Source: the human T2T-CHM13v2.0 reference genome, Homo sapiens. From it: DNA of 64,000 bases. Positions 1-13,215 of this stretch are shown piece after piece; the stretch's first letter is position 1, and each line of letters opens with the position of its first letter. The position numbers were made by a program, and so were the translations under genes. Location of the stretch: NCBI RefSeq assembly GCF_009914755.1, contig NC_060928.1; one strand, 5' to 3'. Under the pieces are notes generated by a model. It was not told the origin of the DNA. It saw only the letters and a program-made list of their open reading frames with translations, and ran no database searches.

Positions 1-599
1 AGGTAGGGAGAGACAAGGAGAAGGGTAGTACTGACATGGCCTGTCTTTACTTTCCCCTCTCAGCCCTGGAACTCTCCACAGGGAAAGGTTTTTTGTTCCT
101 TCTTCTTGTCTAATAAATGGCTTGACTTGAGGGGTATCTTGGAGGCATTCTCAACCCAACCCTGAAGGTTTATCAGCACTTTCCTGGTGGACAGCACCTC
201 AGCCTCTGCCCTGGCTCCTTTCATCCTCATCCCCTAGAGCCAGGATCCCAGCATTTACAAATTAAGATGTTTCTCCCACATTAATTAATTCAGAATTTAT
301 TAGAAACATACTGCAGACACAAAGGTCAAGTACACGACGGCTTCTTCAGAGCTGAAGAGTCTGCAGCTGTTTACGATTATATCAGAGGAGGAGATGTAAT
401 CAAAGATTGTACTATACAATTATTAAAAGTTACAGAATTTGTTACTGTTTATCATTCCCTTTCCCCTTTCAGAGGACATTTTCACAGAGATTCATGAAAT
501 AAAAGTTTGGTTAATGACAGAAGTGGGAAACCTTAGTAGGATGGAAGAAAAGAAAGAAAGACTGAGGCTTTTGTGCCATGGTAAGATGGTAAAACAATA

Positions 600-720
600 A
601 AAATAACATCTGCATTTTATTGAGAACATACTCTGTGTGTACAGGCACTGTGTTTAAGCCGTTTCCATGCAACAAGCTTAATAGTTGGAGAATCTTGCTC
701 ATAAGCACCTACCCTGCACA
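600..720. mobile_element. MIR/L2 relic
   Basis: tttattgagaacatactctgtgtgtacaggcactgtg resembles the shared MIR/L2 end motif. Confidence 0.55.
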
Positions 721-2756
721 GCCAGAACCACTATGGATAACTTCGACAAACATCTCCTGAGATTTTTGAGAATTCCCGTTTGCAAAGTCTGCTGAAGTTG
801 TTCCCATAAACTGCAATAAAGTGTAATTTCACGAGAATTACTGTATGTATCCCTTGAGTGGTGAGTGATGGACTACAGTGAGAAGTGGATTCTAGGGTGT
901 TGGATTCACATTTGTGGCTAACCAAGATTACAAATTCATGCATGTTCTGGAATTTCAGGGGCATTGCTAAATGCACAGAGTCAGGGGCCTGCTGGATGTG
1001 TTTTTAGTGGCAATAAGTATTACCCAGTCTTTTCTGCTGCTGTAAGCTTTCAGATAGAGACTTGAGAGCAAAAAGGTCAGCTTACCCTTTGTAGTTGGGA
1101 CTCAGTTCCTGTAGAATTTCTTTGGAAACATGTGTTTCTAATATGTCAGAATTGGTTTAGCTTAAGCTAAAAAGAAAATTATAGCCTGATTTGTTTAAAG
1201 GAACAAAAATGTCTACATGCCACAGTTTGGATGCACAGAGCATGGTTCAATGCTCAGTAGACTTTTATGCTTTTTATTACTCGGATTTTTATTTCTCTAT
1301 CAGTGTGCTAGATAAAAAGTAAAGTTTTATGGGTAGTATTCTAGTTCTACATAGAAGTTTTATTTCTCATATAGTTTTTTCTTATATGTAAAATTACATG
1401 TTATGAGCTACTTTAATATTAACAAGTAACCTCAGTAAAATACTAAAGTGACTGTTATGGGATAAATAACAAAAAGAAACTTAGGAAACTTAGGATCATT
1501 TGTTTTGAAATACATAATACTGGAATTACTGAATTTTTCCCTCTAGAGTTTTAAAATTCCATTGCCAGTGGAGTGGGGGTGGGGATGTGTGCACGTGTGT
1601 ATTGTTATTTTTGTTCCTGAGATTGGGCTATAATGTAAGCATGAAAATTGCCCCCCCCCCCCACTCCATGAATAAATTGCCTTTATATCTTATCTTACTA
1701 ATGATATACATTTACACATAATGCCTTGTGATAGAATTAATTCTAAAGGAAATTGTTAACTAGATGAGATTTTTCAGACACTGCCTATTAGGCAGGTTTT
1801 AATAGGAACTCCCACTGGTGGCTTAACTATTTTGCTTGTGTGCTATCATCTACTTTAAATCCCATAGATTTTTCCATCAGCCTTGAAAACAAAGGTTAAA
1901 CTATTTTTGGGTCTTCACATCCTGGTTTTGCAGGGAGACGGGAGGTATGGAGGCATTGCCCATTTCATAAAGCTGTATGTTTTTGAACTACGCACATGGT
2001 GCTTTGCACGAATCAAAACTGCCAAAGGGACAGATGTTGCCAATTTCAAATGTACAGGGGGAAGGCAAATATTGCTAAGCAACGGTGTACTTGAGAGAGC
2101 ATTTTTAGGAGCAGAGCCAGGGGAGTTATGCCTGGGAGCACTCACTGCTTCTTATGGCTCAGTACAAGGGAAGAGATTCAAAGTTCTTTCCTGTAAGGGC
2201 CGCCATTGCAGCCGCCAGCACACGAGACAGTGACCTAGTGGCACCGATTAGGGCTGGCAAGGGGATGTGTGAAAACAGGAAAGCTTTTTTGCCATGTGGG
2301 AAGGCAGTAAGACATGTTCACAGAGGTGAGTGCCCCACAGTGTACAGCTGCCCCACAGTAAGTATGCAGCAGCTGGAGGTTCAGGTGGGGAGGATGGAGG
2401 GTAGGGAAATAAGTGAGAGGTGAGGCCACAAGAGAAAGTTGATGTGTCTTGTTTCTCTTCCCCCTTCTCTTCTTTTCTTTTGCCCCCCTGTGTTAGGGGC
2501 TAACATGGAAGAAGAGAAGGATCAAAATGACCTCTGTGGTTTAGTGCATGACCTTATAAACAAGGTAAATAAGCTTGCCAGCCATAGGTATTCGTCCCTT
2601 CCCATGTCCCCTCCCTCTGTATAAACTTGATAGGTAATAGACAGGTGGCGTGGTGTGTGTGGCCTCTTTTTTTTTTTTTTTTTTTTTTTTGGCTACCACT
2701 AGAGGCTTGGAATACCTCTTGAGATTTGCATGGTTGTTAGTTTAGATTATGGATTC

Positions 2757-3065
2757 ATTCTCTCCCTCCCTCTCCTTCTGTCCCCATCTCCTCTCTTTTC
2801 TGTCTCTCCCTCCCTCCCTCTCCCCTTCTCCCTCTCTCTCCCTATCCTCTTCCTCCCTCCCTCTCGTCTCTCTTCCTTGCTTTCTCTTTCCTCTCTCCAT
2901 CTTTTCTCTCCTCTCCCCTCCTCTTTCTCTCCCCTCCTCTTTCTCTCCCCTTTCCCTCTCCTCTCTCTCCTCTCTCCCTCTCCTATCATCTCTCCCTCCT
3001 TTCCCTTCCCTTTCCCCCCACTTCCTCCCTTCCTTTTTTCTCTTCTCCTTCCCCTCCTTTCTTTC
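2757..3065 (+). repeat. ~310-bp polypyrimidine/polypurine low-complexity tract
   Basis: Almost only C/T on the + strand, roughly a dozen purines. Confidence 0.95.
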
Positions 3066-3213
3066 ATTTTACTGAAATAATGGTGAGAGTGACAGTAGAG
3101 AAAATATAACTTGGAGTTTTGTATCTGGAGAAAATCACAGCATATTCTTGGCAATATATTTGAAAGAAATTCAAAACATAAGTATTAAATAAGGTATTCC
3201 TTATCACTCAGGA

Positions 3214-3834
<621 letters not shown>

Positions 3835-5479
3835 TTTTCTTCATCTTTCAAACTCTGGACTTGAATTTCTGGATCACTTAGCAAATGTTTATGGCTTTTA
3901 AAAATCTTCCTGAAGTAAAGCTAAAAACTGAAAATATTGGCAGCTTCTCAGCCTAAATATGATGTATGTGTGCGTATGCATTTATGCATGTGCATGCACA
4001 CTCCATCCAAGATGTTATTTGTTGTTTCTCATAAGAAACTTACAATTTAAGTCAAATTTAAAAGATGGTGGGTGCTTCTACCCAAGTTTTAACATATAAA
4101 CAGTATTAATTTTCACCAGTCTAGGAAAATTTCAAAATAATTTTCCTTCAATACAGACAGGTGTACTAGAGAAATTTCAGTGTACTTCTAGCTTTATGGT
4201 TCTCATTAATTTATTCAGCATAGTTTGTGATCTGTCTATATTTGTAGGGGGTGTAAATTTATGTGATGAAAAGCTAATAGGCGAGGACGATAGTGTTTCC
4301 ACTTTTTACTCCCCAGGAGACAGGAATTGTTTAAGGTTAGCTATAGTGAGTCCGCTTAAGTCAACGCCAAGACAACTGAGAAACTGGCGAAAAAGCAGTG
4401 AGAAAGGAAGAAGAACCCCCAATTTTTTCTTTGATTGATTTGAATGTAGGCTAGTCATACCTTTTTGGCTGTTTTTAGTAAGAACTATGTTATAAAATGA
4501 ATTGGAGGACCTGTTACCACCAGACTTAGGAGGTAGTAGTTTTCCAGTGACTTTTAATTTCCCTACCAGTCTTTTTTTTTTTTTTTTTAAATACAGGGTT
4601 CTAGGTTAGTGTAGGAAAAAAAACTGGTGTATTTTATTCCACAAGAAGCTTTTGGTAAATTATTTATTAAGGAAACAACTGTTGGACATTGAGATGGCTT
4701 TTAAAGATTTACCTAGAAGAGATAATAAAACAGATAAAACTGATCTGCTCAGGGGCCTGTCTTCAGTCTTTTCAGGCTCGTTTACTGTGGTGTTCATGCC
4801 AGCGCAGCCTGGTAGACAGTGTTGCTGTGGCTGTAGAAATAACACTGCTCATTTTTATGGAGGATATTGCTGTATGCCAGTTAAAGAAATTCAAGTTGAA
4901 AGACCTTTAAATTTTTTTTAATAATACACTTCCTTCCCCACCCCCAAGCTGTCACCATGATTATGATGCCAGGAAAGCAGTGCGGTGGCTCCAGGATTGT
5001 TCTCCCATGGGCTGTGTGCCAGGTGGATGAAGTAGTCAGGAGGGCCACAGTTGGGTTTATGTACAACCTAGATATCATCTACTTGTGCTGGTTGACCCTC
5101 CATTTTCTAAAGGCAATTTCCAAAGGGAGTTGCTTTTGTTGTTACTATTAGAACGGTTGCCTATTTTCCATATGATCTCTTCTCTGTCACTTAGGTTCTG
5201 TATTCTATATAGAAAAGTATGGAGGGAAAGGGAAGAATCAGGAAAGATAGTGAATGCAAGAATATTGGGGGTTATGATGTGGTTAAGTTAGATTGTGCCT
5301 CAAAACACTGAAAAGATTGGAGTTTCGGGTCAGGAGCTCTGGATTAAAGGCCAACGGGAATCTTTTAAACTTCTTGGTTGTGTGTGTGTGTCGGTGTGTG
5401 AAGTCAGAGGCAGACGATGAGAGAAATAAATTGAGATGGAGAGAAAATAATATGAATGCTTAGAAGATTTTAAATTCAG

Positions 5480-5781
5480 GGCTGGGCGTGGTGGCTCACG
5501 CCTGTAATCCCAGCACTTTGGGAGGCCGAGGTGGGCGGATCACGAAGTCAGGAGATCTAGACCATCCTGGCTAACACGGTGAAGACCCGTCTCTACTAAA
5601 AATACAAAAAATTAGCTGGGCCTGGTGGCGGGCGCCTGTAGTCCCAGCTACTCAGGAGTCTGAGGCAGGAGAATGGCGTGAACCCGGGAGGCGGAGCTTG
5701 CAGTGAGCCAAGATCACACCACTGCACTCCAGCCTGGGCAACAGAGCGAGACTCCGTCTCAAAAAAAAAAAAAAAAAAAAA
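5480..5781 (+). mobile_element. AluY, full length
   Basis: AluY-type sites (ccatcctggctaacacgg, gaatggcgtgaacccggg, gcggagcttgcagt); A tail; TSD tttaaattcag at 5469-5479 and 5782-5792. Confidence 0.93.
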
Positions 5782-5902
5782 TTTAAATTCAGAAGGCATT
5801 AAGAGGACATTTATTTTTTAAACGATTTTCTCCTTGGCACTTATTAAATACCTATTTAAAATAAATTCAAGAATAACTTTTATATATCTAGTCTGCCCCT
5901 TG

Positions 5903-6230
5903 TATTTATTTATTATTTATTTTTATATTTATATTTTTGAGATGGAGTTTTGCTCTGTCTCTCAGGCTGGAGTGCAGTGGCACGATCTCAGCTCACGGCA
6001 GCCTCCGCCTCCTAGGTTCAGCAATTCTCCTGCTTCAGCCTCCCCAGTAGCTGGGATTACACGCTTGCACCACCCACCACCACGCCTGGCTGATTTTTTT
6101 TGTATTTTTAGTAGAGATGGGATTTCACCATGTTGGCCAGGCTGGTCACAAACTACTGACCTCAAGTGATCTGCCTGCCCTCGGTCTTCCAAAGTGCTGG
6201 GATTACAGGCGTGAGCCAGTGTACCCAGCC
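5903..6230 (-). mobile_element. AluS, full length
   Basis: Reverse Alu dimer with degenerate T-rich tail. Confidence 0.9.
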
Positions 6231-7346
6231 TCTTGTGTTTATTTAAAAAGAAATACTGGCGTTTGTCGAATGATGGAGTCTTATTTTCAAACTTTTGTAT
6301 TAAATATATTTTCGCTTTCACCAGATCAGTAAATCAGTGTATCAGATGAGTCTTGCTGGAAGTCTGATGTAGTTTGTGTATAGTTTTAGACCAAATTTAT
6401 ATGCAGAGATAACGCAGGAAAAGATAATTAAGTCTATCTAAGATTCAGTGGGATTAGTAAGCCTTAAAAAAAAAAAAAGACCAAATCTGTTTATTGATAG
6501 GTTATAGAAAAGCAAAATACTTCCTTAAATTAGGCACTTTTTGATAGGCTTAAATAAATGATGTATAACTGTTCATGATGTTCTGATATTAAATGAATTG
6601 TACATTCCCAGGATGACCTTGAGCCCTTTTTCTAGACCCTAGTAATTAACCTGATTGCTCATTACCCAGCATTAAAGCCAAAAAAAAAAAAAAAAGCGGG
6701 GGCGGAGGATTTACTTGTTCAGAATTAAGATGTCAAGGACAAGGTCGTCTTTATTTGCCTTCTCTCTTTTGCGTTTGTTATAGTGTCAGTAATCCCCAGG
6801 GTGTTTGGGGCTCAGATTGCTTCCTCAGAGTATATATGCCTCTAGCCTACCACTTCAATAATTTTCTTTCCTTTTTTCCCCCGTTTTTTTTGTGTTTTGT
6901 TTTTAAATAACGATGCCAGGAGACAGAAAACCAACACCTACTCCAGAAGAGGCTGTTGAGATTACTGCTGGAATAAGCCCAGGATAAAATCTTTATGTCC
7001 TTTCAGACAAAGCGTGGATTAAATAGTTTATCTGACTCATATGACTGCAGTTTCTTTCGGCCTCATCCAGAAACTGATACAAAGTTGTTTTTTTCTTCTT
7101 CCTTTTTCTGGTGCTTCTATAATCTTAGCTTATGCTCAGCTGTGAAAAAAGTAAATGTCCAGGCAGGCACTCTCTGCAACATAGAATTAAACATGCTTCC
7201 TGAACATTGTTTGCACTTTCATTTGACAGAGAGCAGAAATACAGGTTTATGTATCCATAAATCCTGTCATGGTTGACAAAGTAATTTAATAGTGTTTTGA
7301 CTCAGAACCATCCGTTAATACGATTTGAGAGACAGAGTAGAGTGCT

Positions 7347-7384
7347 CGTGTGTGTGTGCACGTGCGTGTGTGCATGTGTGTGTA
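7347..7384. repeat. Alternating purine-pyrimidine (TG/CA/CG) tract
   Basis: cgtgtgtgtgtgcacgtgcgtgtgtgcatgtgtgtgta. Confidence 0.85.
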
Positions 7385-10300
7385 GGACTGGATGGGGTGG
7401 GTGCAGGGCAGGAAGCATGTGACAGAACACCACCACGCTGCAGTTTCACACCCTCCCTGCAGCAATAGGTTTTAACTGAAAAGCTACTACTCATGCTTTG
7501 CAAATTGATAGTCCCACTGAAAAAAAAAAAATTAAATTCTTCCGAAAAACACTCTGAGGTTTTCGTGAGCAGAATTGGTTGTAGAAGGGGAAATAGATCA
7601 TATAGCTTAGGCCATTTGAAAGGACTTGTCAGTTGACTATTGCTGGAATGGAACCAGTGTCTAGACTTGTTCTTTGTGATGCCTTTAAAAAAAAAAAAAT
7701 CAGTGCCTTTTAACCATTCTTACTTAATCATTCATGGCTGCTGTGCCCACAATGGGCTTCATGGGGCCTCATGTGGTCTTTCATCAAAGGCACAGTGTTT
7801 TAAAGTCTTAGACCATTGGGGATTCTGATTCCCCTTATTACATGGTGAATGGTAATGGTTCATAGTCAATAGTTAGGAAGTTGGTGAATAACTGAGATTA
7901 GACATTTACTGTCAAACAGTGGTAAGTTTTTTACATTTGTTTTTCATTCAGGTACTTTGTTGTTAAGTGAGTTTAAACCTATCCCAGCACACCCTACTTA
8001 TTTTAACTTTTGCACTGTTAGTTGACATATTGTCATAATATGTACTGAAAACATTTCTGCGTATAAAACATCAACACTGAATTGTACCTTTTATATGTAC
8101 TGTTTCATGTGACTATACAGGACCTTGCAAACATCAAAAATTATATTGTATGTGATCTCAGGATATATAATGGTAACAAAATCAGTGAATCCAGCATTGT
8201 TACTGCTTCTCTCATTATTTGCATATTCTTATCAAGTGAGTGTTTACAATTATACATGTGGACAACAACCACTCATTGTTTTCATTTTTATTTAAGCCGG
8301 GTCTTAAGAACTGGAATCCTTGGTTTCATAATTAAAAGAGGCCCTCTTTGTAGAGATCAAAACAAAATTTCCAGAATGTTTTAAGTAGCTCAGTTAATGC
8401 AGATTGAGCCTCTACAAATTTTATATGCTTTAGAAAAATATCTTTATGATGCCAATTATGCAGATTACCTCACTGGTATAATCAAAATGACCAACTGGAA
8501 AGAAACAATAAGTTTTCTAATTATTCATATTAATCTTTAAAGAACTGCTATTTTAAAATACTTCTTCCCATTGGGTTTTATAAGTTTCAGTGATGTCTTA
8601 GGATTTAGTGGGTTTTTTTAGCTTGTTTTTGCTTTAGTTGATGAAAGATAAGGTAATATCATTTGCTTATGAAAGAGCAATTTACCTAAAGGTAAATTTA
8701 AAAAAATCAAATATATAAATATGTGTGCATATATTCACTTATATGTACACATATATACACACGTATTCAATATGTTATATATATATCTCCTATCTACACG
8801 ATATATTAGGCTCTCATTTATTAAATGAACTGGGGTGCCAGCACATCTCTAACATGATCTTCCAGTGTTTATCCTGGAGTATTATTTCTTCATCTTCTAT
8901 CTCAAGGAAGCGTACGTACATCCTTTCTTTACCCAAACATGCTGCCTGATATACCTACCCTCCCCAACCTGACATTCTGATGTTACTGTCATATCTGAAA
9001 TTTTGCATTCTGAGAAATTTATGTCCCCAAACTGCATTTAGGCAACTACTCTTATAGGTGAAAACATCTGATTAGGTGGTAGTGGTTGATGGATTATAGT
9101 CACAAGATAATACTTCTTTAAAATTTGAAGACTTCTGCATCTTAAAAATATCACTGTTCTGTGAAGTTGTCTGGAGTTTTACCAATATGAGCTGACATAT
9201 ATTGCTTCCCAGGAAAGAGATTGGAAATTCACCATAAAACTCTAATTACTTTTTGGTTATCTTATGTATCTGAATTTTGTTTGAGATGTCATGACATGAC
9301 AAAATCGAGTATTCATTTTATAAATATTAAATGAGTCTAGAATTATGCTAAGGCCTTGTGAGGAATGCAGAGATTACTAAACCCTAGTTCCTGCTTGTGG
9401 GAAGCCTGTCTGGAGGAGAAAGATTAGAACACTAAGGGTTACAATCCAGAGTTGAATGTGATTGGAGAGTCAAGGGAGGGAAGACTTCCAGAAAAGGGCA
9501 GCCAGTGGTTGTGATGCACTACCCCCTTCTTCTAGGTTCCCCCAATAGGAGTAGAATTCCTTGTTCGTTTCATAATAAATTTTTGTTGGGAGATAACTGT
9601 AGGTGACCTAGAGATTCCTCATTATTTTAAAATAATCTTTTTTATCCACCTTATTTCTCCTCTCCCTGAAAAATCTGTTTAGAGAACTATAGAGATTCTG
9701 CAGTTAGGGAGATTCTGCAGTTAGCCTCATTTGTGTTAGTCTTCACATGTGGCAGGCAGTTTGACGTTAAAAAGAGTCAGGGAACATGAAAGTAATTTTT
9801 TGCTACATATTAGAGCTTATCACTTTTAAGGAATATCCAAAACCTTTCCATTATTTAAAGATATCTGGGATTAGATGAAGTGTAGCTAATAATTCTTAAG
9901 GGAGGATTTAACAGTTAAAGTTGGTTTTGCAACTTAATGTAATAATACTTTATTTTTAGGAAAGCTGTTCAGAGCACCTTATTCCTTGTTTTGTAATCCA
10001 TCACCCCTCCATCCATATTAATCTTTAGCATGGCTGTTTTTTGTTGTTGTTTTCCTTGTTTTAATTTGGACTATAACTGTGCTCATATATCTGTCCAGTG
10101 ATTTAAAAAAATGTTTATCCTAAAATTCTGGGTATACAGATAGATGGGTAGTTGCCCATAGGGCATGATGCTTCTGAAAGTAGAATTACTGCTGGTCCCT
10201 TTGAACGTTTTCCAGCTGAAGTAGGCACACCCAGGCAGTATGAGCATGTTCTTGGAACAGGCTTAGCTATTTATGTAATTTACTCTGTGTCTATAGAACA

Positions 10301-10899
10301 CAATTTTATGACAAACCTTGTTCAGCCAGGCCTTTTAGTCTCCTCCTCTAATCTGTCTCTTAGAAATGATGATTATGGTGTCTTCATATAAATGCATGTA
10401 TTTATTTGTATGGAATTAGTTTTAACATGCATTGTCTTATTTCTTCCTCAAAACAACCCTGTAAGATTATGTTCATTTCAAATGTGTCTTCTCACTATGT
10501 AAGTATGACTAACAAAAAGGAGAGCGAGAATAAAAAACTTCTCTTTCAATAACTTTCTAGTCTAGTTTGGAAAGTTCGTGAAGTTTAGCAAGTGAACACT
10601 GGGCCAGGCCTTCAGAGCAAGTCCTGTGGCAACTCGAGTTCCATTAGGGAAGGCTGACTGGAAATCTGTTTTGTTTTGTTTTTTTACAAAAATTCAGTGT
10701 GGCGTGTATTACGTAGGGTGTGCCCAGAGCACCAAGGTGTAAGCTGGGGACAGTTTAACATAGGTGTGTGTTCAGAGTAAGGTAAGTTACATAGAGGAAG
10801 GCTAATAGAAAATTTAGCTGTACTTCGAGAACAGGCTTTTGATCCCTATTTATTTCAATCTAATATTTGTGTTTTTAGTAATGAATAGGTAATAGGTCA

Positions 10900-11580
10900 G
10901 AATTTAAAAGGTTAAAAAAAGGATATACATTGAAAATCTTCCCCCTATTCCTTCCCCCAGCCTCCATTCCCCAGCCTTCCTTTCTGGAAGTAATTGATGT
11001 TAGGACTTTCTTGTGTATCATTCCCAGTGGTATTTTATGCATAGTAAGCAACTCCATATATATGTTTTCTTCTCATTGATACTTTCTTCATTTATAGAAA
11101 TGCTGGCATATAATGCATCTTTTTTTAAAAATTTATTCTTCTAAACAATGTATCTTGGAGATTACCCCAAATCAATGCAAAAAGAGCATCCTTATTCTTT
11201 GTTGTAGTTGCGTAGCATTTATTTCTTTCTAGGTGGCATGTACCATAGTTTTCATAGTCAGTTACCTGTAGATACACATTTAGATTGTTTCCAGTATCTT
11301 GCTATTTGCAAACTAGGCTGAAGTGAATAACTTTGTACATATTTTTTTTGTACATGTAGGAGGCAGTGCTAAAGGTTAGAGAAGTGTCTGTGTAATTAGA
11401 ATTTGCTGACTATTGCCAAATTAATGTCCTTAAAGGTTGTAGCACTTAATCCTCCTACCAATCATGGGATTTGAGTGCCTATTTCCCCATGTCTATCTCA
11501 TAGATGGAGTATTGTTAATCTTGTGGCTGTTTGCCAATCTACGTGTGAAAAGTAGTTTCTCAGTAGTTGTAATGTTTCCA
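10900..11580 (-). mobile_element. Old L1 (L1M-type) fragment
   Basis: Diverged antisense L1 motifs (catttagattgtttccag, ttgccaaatt...ggttgta, tgagtgcctatttcccca). Confidence 0.6.
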
Positions 11581-12344
11581 GGGAGAAAACAATGCAAAAC
11601 AATTATCTTTTTGTCTCTTTTATGTTTATTTACATGTAGTTTAGTTTGTTAATTAAGGTGTTGCTTTATAATTCAGGCAGCCTGCATCTTCTTAAGTGTC
11701 TAAAGCCATAAGAGAAACTTAGTTTCAAATTCTGAGTTCCGGGACTGAAAACATGCCAGCCATTGTTTATGGGGTTGCCTCTGTGTGGCTGGCACCCTGT
11801 GATTCAGTGAGGGTTCTGGCCCTAACTTCCATGGAACATATTATCTAGAGGGAGTAGAGAGGATGCAATAACAGAGAATGTACGGATAGTTACGGGAGCA
11901 TCTGCAAGAGAACCTGGACAGTTTTGGGAGTAAGGGAGCATCAGGGATGTTTTCCAAAAGATGTCTTTCATCTGCAACCTGAAGCTTTAGTAGGAATTAT
12001 CCCTGACACAGATGGAAGAGAGAAGAGGGCTCCAGATCGGGGCAAGAAAAGTGTGACTTATCTAACTAGCGAGTTGGGGGTAGATGAGCAGCAAATAGTG
12101 AAGACTGAACAGTAATCCAAAAGGTGGTGACACATTTGAAGAAAAATAGCTTGGACATTTATTTTACTCTCTTAAAAATTAAACTTTGGATAGATAACCT
12201 ATTGGGATTTTTTTTTTAAGCTGTCATGCTGTTAAAGAATGCCTTGATAATGTTGGCACCGCCTGTTATTCCATATATCAGTGCCTTTTGATGGTTTTGA
12301 AAGTGTGTTTTATTAGATATGTTTTAATATGAAAACATATTTGA

Positions 12345-12490
12345 CCTTCATACCAACCCTGAGAAGTGGTTAGGTTTGGTAATACTATACCTTCTCACAA
12401 TGAGGAAATAGTCCCAAAGAGGATGAATCTTATCCAAGATTCAGCGCCAGTCTTCAGCAGAGCCAGATCTAGAATCCAAGATCTTTTGGC
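12345..12490. mobile_element. MIR
   Basis: caaccctgagaagt...atgaggaaa...ttatccaagat...gcagagccagatctagaatccaag. Confidence 0.6.
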
Positions 12491-13059
12491 TTCCCTCGTC
12501 AGCACATTGCCTTTGTGCTCTCTCTATTTCCTGGTTAGTGATAAGTAAGCCTTTTTGAGAATAGCATTGTTATAAAAATGCCGCTCTGTTGAAACTTGAG
12601 AGACTTAAAACACAATATTGCAAGAGCCTCCCAGTCTCAGTGGCATGTTTCTTCAGCCAGCTCTTTTTAGCTTATTAAAACAAACTGTCATGCTTAGAAG
12701 ACATTCACTCACATATTTTATTTTGGTATCAGTGCGTTTCCTTACAGTTACACAATGTCATTCCAGGAGGAGTGAGAAATCAGGCCACGGCCAGCATTGC
12801 TGCCTTTTCTGGTCCGAAGCACTGGTAGTAGGAAGAGGCAGTTAAATGTGAATACCAAAATGCTTCTTTGTAGAAGCAAAGGAAAAACGTAGCTCTTTAA
12901 AAAATGTTTTAGGTTATGCATAGGACAACTGGAATCACACACCCTCCTAAAATGCTAATATATTTGTTTCTTGCAGCAGTGTTGAGGTTTTTAGAAAACT
13001 GGTATAACAGTATTCTGAGCCAGCTCAGCTGCTTCAGAGCTTTTGTGTGTCCTTGCATA

Positions 13060-13215
13060 GACAACTTAATTTCTCTAGGATTCAGTCTCCTCGTTTTATT
13101 TTTAAAATTATTTTATTTGTAAATACCTCATCGTGGACTCCAAAAGCATGTCTCCTCGTTTTAAAAACTGGCATAATACCTACCACAAAGGTTGATGTGA
13201 GAATTAAATAGAGCT
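13060..13215. mobile_element. MIR interrupted by a ~52-nt insertion
   Basis: cagtctcctc...taaaaactggcataatacctacc...ggttgatgtgagaattaaat matches MIR once the insert is removed. Confidence 0.7.

Noticed and set aside
1883-2233. ORFs on both strands suggesting a processed pseudogene
   Set aside because: No recognisable protein, poly-A tail or TSD. The region is kept only as a candidate internal promoter/exon.
2310-2319. p53 half-site AGACATGTTC
   Set aside because: No adjacent second half-site.
2660-2722. Orphan T24 run as a possible tiny retro-insertion
   Set aside because: The only flanking repeat is 6 bp (cctctt), too short to support a TSD.
2730-3154. Three overlapping ORFs of 108-135 aa
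   Set aside because: Artefacts of the stop-free C/T tract; the products are low-complexity L/S/P/F or R/E/G/K.
13131-13149. Resemblance of the short insert to the 5' end of U13 snoRNA
   Set aside because: About 15/19 identity against a sequence recalled from memory, and it does not extend; not enough to name the source.
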